58,837 bases of DNA from Pseudogymnoascus verrucosus (lineage: Eukaryota), in assembly GCA_001662655.1 (NCBI GenBank), contig KV460235.1; one strand, given 5' to 3'. Below the pieces are notes generated by a model. The model saw nothing but the letters and a program-made list of their open reading frames with translations, was not told the DNA's origin and searched no databases. A program made the position numbers and the translations under genes. Of the stretch, positions 51,782 to 58,837 are shown in pieces (within the stretch, counting starts at the first letter, position 1; every line of letters begins with the position of its first letter).

Positions 51782-53846
51782 ATGGAGAAGGAATTGCAGG
51801 ACCGCGGAAGCCATGTTGATGAAAAGGATGTCATATCGGACAGTGCTACAGACGTCGACAATGAAGGACATATAGATGATAACTCAACTCATGAAAAGGT
51901 TTCCGATGACATTGCCAAGACGGCCGAGGCCGCTGAACCAGAGCATGAATATATTTCTGGGGTCCAGCTGTGGCTTGTTATGTCGTCGGTTACATTGGTA
52001 GTATTTCTCATGTTACTCGACATATCTATCATTGTGACTGTGAGTCTTACCATACCCAACTACAAACTAGAGAAGTTATTGACAACAGCAACAGGCTATA
52101 CCTCGAATTACCAGCGACTTCCACTCGTTGCCAGATGTTGGGTGGTATGGTAGTGCGTATCTTCTCGCAAGGTGAGTTTCTGCGCATGGCTCTATGATGT
52201 GTCCGAACTGACCCAGACAACAGTTGCGCCCTTCAACCCTTAACTGGGAAGCTGTATAGTGAATTTAGCACTAAGGTTTGCTATCCTTCTCCGTTGACTA
52301 TATTGTGTTAATGTAAAGCAGTACACTTTCCTCGTCTTCGTTGGCCTCTTTGAGCTCGGATCAGCGATATGTGGTGGAGCTCAGTCATCCACGATGCTCA
52401 TTATCGGACGAGCTATTGCTGGCCTAGGAAGTTCAGGGCTCATAAATGGTGGCCTCACCATCATAGCTGCATCTGTTCCTCTGGTCAGACGGCCAAGTGA
52501 GTCCTCCTATTATGCACTGCAGTATTCTCATATGCTAATGACGCATAGTGATGCTGGGCTTCATGATGTCAATTGCACAGTTAGGTATAGTGGGAGGGCC
52601 ATTGATCGGAGGCGCATTTACTGAATATGTATCATGGCGCTGGTGTACGTTTATCCAGGTTTCCAGTTGTGCATGCGCTAACACATGCCTCTTTAGGCTT
52701 TTTTATCAACCTTCCCATCGGTGCCGTTGCTGCTGTCTTTCTCCTGCTCATCACAATACCCGATCAGAATATCAGGAATACGGATGAAAAGATTTCTCTT
52801 TTCAAAACACTTGGCAAGCTTGATCTCGTCGGGTTTGTCCTCTTTGCGCCATCCGCTACTATGATCCTGATGGCCCTTCAATGGGGCGGGACAAAATACC
52901 CCTGGAACAGCGCCACCATCATCGGTCTCTTCTGTGGCGGGTTTGGCATGGCTTTGGTTTTCCTTGGTTGGGAATATCGAGTTGGCGACAAGGCTATGAT
53001 CCCATTCTCCATGCTGAGAGTGAGGGCCGTTTGGGCTTCTTGTGTGGCCAATGCATTCTTCTACGGAACTATGCTGATCTTCTCGTACTATATACCGATT
53101 TACTTCCAGTCTGTCAAGGGCGTTTCGCCAGCGCTGAGCGGGGTGTATATGTTGCCTGCAATTATTGCGCAGATGATATGTTCGATTGTGTGTGGAGTAT
53201 TAGGTAAGCTAGCGCTATTTTTGTGTGAAGCAAAAGCTGATATGATTCGAAGTTGGACGCATAGGATACTACCTTCCATTTATGGTGGTTAGTGGTATAC
53301 TCGCTGCCATTTCTTCTGGGCTCCTTGCTACTTTTACCCCATCTACTTCGGTTGGAAAGTGGATTGGCTATCAAATCCTCTCTGGCGCGGGCCGTGGCCT
53401 CGGCATGCAGATTGTAAGCACTTCTCACATTTTATTCGTCTCCCGCGTTCCTTTACTGACTTCATTCCAAGGCCATCGTCGCCGTCCAAAACGTACTCCC
53501 GCCGGAGAAAATTCCTGTAGGAATGTCGACCCTCGTGTTCTCCCAGGTGTTTGGGGGAGCAGTGTTCCTCTCCGTCGGACAAACGATATTCAGCGGGGGG
53601 CTTCTTTCGGCTTTGGCTAAATACGCCCCGGATGTAGATGCAAAGAACGTAGTGGAAGCCGGTGCCACGGCCATAAGGACTGTTGTGAAGCCAGCACAAG
53701 TTGCAGGCGTCATCGAGGCCTACAGCCATGCTATCAACCGCAATTTTTACCTATCCGCAGGCTGCGGAGTCGGATTATTCGTTTTTAGTCTGGGAATGGG
53801 CTGGGTAAATATTAAAAAGAAGAAGGCGGTTGCGCCTGAAGCATAA
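51782..53846 (+). CDS. MFS DHA2 (14-TM) toxin/drug efflux pump, GliA/AflT-like
   Basis: [90 protein letters not shown]; about seven introns. Confidence 0.92.
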
Positions 53847-54369
53847 AATACCACATATCACAGGAGTATATTGAGTTTTGGGTTATAGATTTCTGGGCTA
53901 CTACGTTGGGTAATTTGTGAAATGAGGGGTTGTTTGCATAGGTCAAGGGGTTAGTAGGTCACTCCACACAATTATATACACAATTATGGGGTTATAATCA
54001 AGGGACGGAAGTATTCAAACTTACATATTTCTAAATAAGCGTTGATAGATTAATATAATGTGATACTTTATGATAACCTATATTTAAAGCCTGTTTAACG
54101 CACGCGCCATCGTATTCTGACGTCTTCCACTAGGTCTCCGTGCGCTCAATTATATACAGGGTTCACTTTAGCATTTAATCGAGGAAAAGTATTCGTGAGC
54201 GTGAGTGGGAAGTTTTCATTGAAGCAAAACTAAATTCAGTCCCACCCATTCCACGTCAGTCCCACGATTCGGCCCTATTGGATCCACGTAGCTTTTCGAA
54301 GATCGGAATAAGTCTCCAATATATTCCAATCTAAGGCCCATAGCTTCGCCACAAGAATTAACTAGCTCA

Positions 54370-54687
54370 TTAAGAAGCCGAGGGCAGAGAGCCCCTGAGA
54401 ACATCAACCCCACGTCTCAGCTCCAAGAGTTGGATCACTGCGGCGACGTTCGACTCAGTAATAGCGGTCGTGGTGGGAAAGCTCTAGTTCGTCGTCGTCC
54501 ATTCGACCCAGACTTCTCCCAACTGTTCCATGTCGCCACCAAATTCGTCGAAGTATACTTGAGGAATTCGGTCACGGATGGCTTCGTAGGCGGTTCGTTG
54601 GACTGCCTCTAAAGTCATATCGGCGGTGAGGAGAATAACATCGTTATAGTTCGGCCTGGAAAGCTTGAATGCGATGGGGACCGACAT
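54370..54687 (-). pseudogene. Small hypothetical fungal gene interrupted by a single in-frame TAG (54486-54484)
   Basis: ..EVWVEWTTTN*SFPTTTAITESNVAAVIQLLELRRGVDVLRGSLPSAS*: protein-like sequence continues 37 codons past the stop. Confidence 0.6.
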
Positions 54688-55289
54688 GTTGTTTTTGAGG
54701 TTATGCTTCTATAATTGTGTTGCGAGGTGGATGGTCTGTAGATATATTTTAATCTCAATCGTCGAGGTTATCCATTATATATTGATTTCCATCTTTTAAA
54801 CACGTCGTCGTCACGTAAGACGGATGAATTCATCGAGATTCCAAGTGAAGTCGCGATACCATTCCTTCTCACCGATATGCGTGCTGATTCTTGCACGGCA
54901 TCATATTAAACCGCTTCTATACTGTCGCCTTGGGGGTGGTGCCAAGGGAGTCCATGCACTGAAATTGTGCCCTCACCTCATGGTCGTCAATACGACGGGG
55001 CGTGGTGCACCATGCGCAGATACAGTTATACAATAGACTCACTTATCCTTGACTAGTTGCGTGATAGAAAATAACACGGCATACGCTCGGTCTAGATTCA
55101 ACACAGCCTCATCATTCTCACGTAGCATATGTATCCAAAGGGCAAACCCATGGGAACAGCCCCAGCCATATGAAACGATTCTTCATTTTCATCCTTTCAC
55201 TGACAAGAGATGTTGAATCCCCTCGTACTTGGCATTCCAGTATGAATTTGGCAACTGTGGATAAAAATCAAACAGACCCAAATTTAGAA

Positions 55290-55894
55290 TTAGTAGAAAT
55301 AAATTCCGTCCGTCCCGAGTTTCCCATCCAGCTCGAGCTCCTTCAAGCAGGCTTTGCACCTCTCCACCACCGCCTTCCCATACGCGGGCCTTCAAAGCTT
55401 TGTTAGCGCTGGTATTTTGAGAGGAGGTTTTTGGTAACAGCCGCATTGGTTTCGAATAACCCGCGACGTTAAATAAGATTCGGGAGGATCACTGACCCCA
55501 AAGGTGGAGTAGGTGTGCTCATATTCAGTCTCAGCCATGCAGCCCCTCCGTTTCCTGGCAATTCTGCGCACGAATTTCTCATCTCGTTGAACTGCTCGTC
55601 GCCATACACACCGCCGACTATAATAGCGTCGGCCTTTCTTGAGTAGTTACCCGTCCCCACATTCGGCTCATCCGTGGCGGGAGGGGCCTGACCCGATAAT
55701 ATTGCGGGTATATCCTTAGCACCAGCGGCGGCGCTGAAGACAACATGGATAGCTGGAAAGATTAGAATGGGCCTGCTATGGGGAAAGCTTGGAGTGTCAG
55801 TCTCACTTTCGCACTCGGGTAGTAGGCCCGCTTTGACGCCCTTGGCAATTTGGGCCGACTGGCCGCAGACGACTACGCGGAGAGCTGCCGACAT
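55290..55894 (-). CDS. Small conserved fungal hypothetical protein (alpha/beta)
   Basis: MSAALRVVVCGQSAQIAKGVKAGLLPE..IHV..GTGNYSR..IIVGGVY..WLR..PPLG|PAYGKAVVERCKACLKEL..IYFY*; two introns. Confidence 0.8.
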
Positions 55895-56074
55895 CTTGTG
55901 TGTAAGGATGATGTTGTGATAATGGAGAACGCCGAACCTTCCGGTATATTTCAGCCGTGCTGACCATAATCGTAAGATTCGCCTGGTTGGTTCGCGAAGC
56001 GATCAGGCAGATCTGACAATCAACCTCCAGAATACATGGAGAACTCCAACCTCATACCTTATGCCCCACCAAAA

Positions 56075-56437
56075 ATGACATCCCTCGTCAGCCTGCCAGT
56101 GGGGCTTATTATCCACATCGTCGCCAACAATGGCCTCAAATCACGCGCACTTTACAACACTGCGCTCGTAAACAGGTATTTCTTTGCCCTGGCGCTTCCG
56201 CTTATCTACCGCGGTGTCAAATTTCTCTGGACGGGCGAACGGCTATCCAAGTCATTCTTCCGATCCCAGGAAATCATCGAGAAATTCCTCGCACGAGCTC
56301 TGCTCCTGCAATCAATTGACATATCATGCAGGTATGATGGCGCCCCCGGAGATATATTGTTCAGATACAACAACTCTCTCATGGACCAGCTGCTGGGAAG
56401 ACTCAAATTCATCGAAGAGCTTCGTGGCTCTATGTAG
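56075..56437 (+). pseudogene. Truncated F-box-like gene fragment
   Basis: MTSLVSLPVGLIIHIV..ALYNTALVNRYFFALALPLIYRGV is an F-box-like start; no convincing downstream exons. Confidence 0.45.
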
Positions 56438-56994
56438 GTTGCGTAGATCTTCACAACTATACAGATAAGGGGGTTATAGATAGTAGCATAAATAGATTTA
56501 GCTGTCTCTATAGCTTGAAGACTATGTATTGGCTTCGGAGGAAAACGAACGATGCTGCATGAGTATCGAGAGATGCCGCATTCCTTGCAAATCGACGGCA
56601 GGTAATAATACCCGACAGCCAGGAGAAGGAGATGATACTTTGAAACTTCATGCGGCGTGTCTTAGTTTAGCTCTTGCCACCCTCGAACAAGCGTATTTGC
56701 ACTGCAAACCTTCCTTGCATCTAATCCCTTATTGGCTTTCTCACCAGGATCAATTTATCATACAGGCTTCATTCCCCCCGGCAATTGTGCGGGCTTGAAC
56801 AGATAAGCTTCTCAGATTTCAGGCGTTGCTAGGGCCCTAAATTGTGGATACAGCTTCTGCCAAAGTAGAGTACCACGGCATGTCATCCGGCATGGCGCAA
56901 GAGGAGGCTGTTAGTCCCGTTTCCTATATCGGAGTCCGCGGGTTGTGTTGTCAGGGTAATGCTTGGCATTTGCGGGGTCCGTAGATCTAGCCAT

Positions 56995-57210
56995 CGCACG
57001 TGACTAAGCATCGAATTATGTCATACCTGAAATTGCTGAAGTACGGCGGCATATCCGCTATTGGAGCATTGCAACACCATCAATACTGAAACAGGAAAGA
57101 AGTAGGACAAGATTATGAACTCCTCATATTCAAAAATATCCGATTTGTTGCAGAATCCGGAAACCATACCCGCACTGATGTCATAGTTCACGTGACCAGC
57201 TGCTTACTCA
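56995..57210 (+). promoter_or_regulatory. Candidate Yap1-type (TGACTAA, TTACTCA) and CACGTG sites upstream of SOD1
   Basis: cacgTGACTAA at 56997-57007, tCACGTGac ~57188, TTACTCA 57204-57210. Confidence 0.35.
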
Positions 57211-57406
57211 AGCTCCCATGAGCTGTCGGCTCGGAGCGGGGCAGGAGCTTCTCTGATCGGTCATTAAATCACGTATCCCCCACTTCTGAGCACCTTCTCT
57301 TCTTCTCTCCTCCCACCTCAAGACAACAATCCGCAGCAAAGACTCTGAATTAATTCCCGCTACACAATATCCACAAAGTTCTATTCCAGTAATATAATCC
57401 GCCAAA

Positions 57407-58488
57407 ATGGTCAAAGCAGGTACGTGGACGAGTTTAGCACGCTGTTACTGTGTTTGTGTCGGTGGAGGGGTAGTTTGTCCAATGACGCAGCCTTCCGGCC
57501 TTCCCGCGCGCTGAATTGAGCACATTCATCGACACATGTAGCTACTCCACCAGGAAGGGCGCAACCTTGGGGATTATCAGCCTCAACCGCCTCAGCAGCC
57601 TCCTCTCCACCCTCTCCTATCCTTCTACCAGTCTACCCCGCACCTCACACCGTCCCCCAGAACCCGCCTGGCTAACCCCGCATAGTTGCAACCGTCCGTG
57701 GTGACTCCAAGGTCTCCGGCACCGTCACCTTCGAGCAGGCTGATGAGAACTCCGCCACCACCATCTCCTGGAACCTCACTGGCAACGACGCCAACGCCCA
57801 GCGCGGAATCCACGTTCACCAGTTCGGTGACAACACCAACGGCTGCACCTCCGCTGGCCCACATTGTGAGTTCATCTCAACCATACCCCTATCTCCTTGC
57901 TTGATATCAAGATGGACAATGGTCGGAGGAGAGGAAGAAGCGAACGAGAGAAGTGTGGCGTGAGAGCGGGAGCGAGAGAAGAGGAGATCGGAAAATAGAA
58001 GCGGAAATGAAGCAGAAGGAAGAGGGAAACAAGAAAGAAAGACCAGACGAACCAGGCACTGCGAGGCCAAGAGACCACCATGCTAACTTCCTTCCCCAGT
58101 CAACCCCCGTGGCAAGAACCACGGTGCCCCCACCGACGAGGAGCGCCACGTTGGTGACCTCGGCAACTTCAGCACTGATGCCCAAGGAAACTCCACCGGC
58201 ACCACCACCGACAAGCTGATCAAGCTCATCGGCCCGGATAGCGTCATCGGCGTAAGTCCTCTCCAGCTGTGCTTCCTCACTCCACCTCCCATCTTCCCTC
58301 TTGAGCAACTTCCACCAAGCTGTGGAGGCGGAAGGGCAATAGAATAAGACAATGGCTAACTCACGCAGCGCACCATCGTTGTCCACTCCGGCACTGATGA
58401 TCTCGGCAAGGGAGGACACCCAGACTCCCTCAAGACTGGTAACGCTGGTCTCCGCCCCGCTTGCGGTGTCATTGGCATCTCCGCTTAG
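57407..58488 (+). CDS. SOD1: Cu/Zn superoxide dismutase
   Basis: [99 protein letters not shown]; introns 57420-57685, 57866-58099, 58252-58368. Confidence 0.97.
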
Positions 58489-58699
58489 ATAGCGAGTGAG
58501 ATGGACGCGCTCAAATGCTAGGTAGCTGAATATCAATCATTTTGAGAGTGCACAAGCTGTGTGTATGCATCTGTGATGTGTGCTTGACGTGTGAGAGCAG
58601 TTCTGAGTGCAGAGAGGGGTGTGAGTGGTGATCAATGGTCGTAGGCTACCCCTTTTAATTTTTTTGGTTTTATTTTTATTTTGTTTCTCACCCAAAATC

Positions 58700-58802
58700 A
58701 GTGTTCGGCGGATACGTATCCGGGTAGTATCCGTGAACCCCACGGGTAGGGTATATACCCGGCGACGATCTGACGGGTAGGGTAGGTAAGTATCCGGATA
58801 CA
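58700..58802. repeat. Short palindrome-rich element (GGATAC/GTATCC, ACGGGTAGGGTA repeats), possible DNA-transposon end
   Basis: CAGTGTT start followed by cggatacgtatccg palindrome, acgggtagggta x2 and gtatccggatac palindrome. Confidence 0.35.
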
Positions 58803-58837
58803 TGAGGCTGAATATCGTATATAAAAATAGGAATAGC

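Noticed and set aside
31040..53846. Secondary-metabolite biosynthetic cluster
   Set aside because: No PKS, NRPS, terpene synthase or RiPP precursor in the window; gene content fits catabolism or detoxification better
57907..58536. 209-aa minus-strand ORF
   Set aside because: Antisense to SOD1 exons and introns

Overview
Intron-rich filamentous ascomycete DNA (Leotiomycete-like, possibly Pseudogymnoascus; taxon is an inference). From left to right: the 5' part of DNA polymerase eta (cut by the window edge), an F-box-like gene, a FleA/AAL-type fucose lectin, a small AP-1-type bZIP factor, a hypothetical protein, a GH76 (Dfg5/Dcw1), a CFEM/PTH11-like receptor, a 7TM-like membrane protein, a T5orf172/GIY-YIG protein with a C-terminal membrane anchor, an intronless bacterial-type nitrilase, a Sua5/YrdC-like pseudogene and a secreted catalase-peroxidase (KatG2). 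Next comes a ~16.5 kb candidate catabolic cluster: two sugar porters, an MFS transporter, a salicylate-hydroxylase-like monooxygenase, a dihydroxybenzoate decarboxylase, a frameshifted Zn2Cys6 regulator and a secreted GH79 beta-glucuronidase. After it lie a nested inverted-repeat element, a Zn2Cys6 + DHA2 efflux pair, three small genes or relics and Cu/Zn SOD1. The main hypothesis is that the cluster deconjugates and degrades phenolic (hydroxybenzoate) glucuronides; its two divergent promoters share CGG-N3-CCG motifs. Exon boundaries were read by eye from GT..AG and branch sites, and all family calls come from motif recognition, not database searches.
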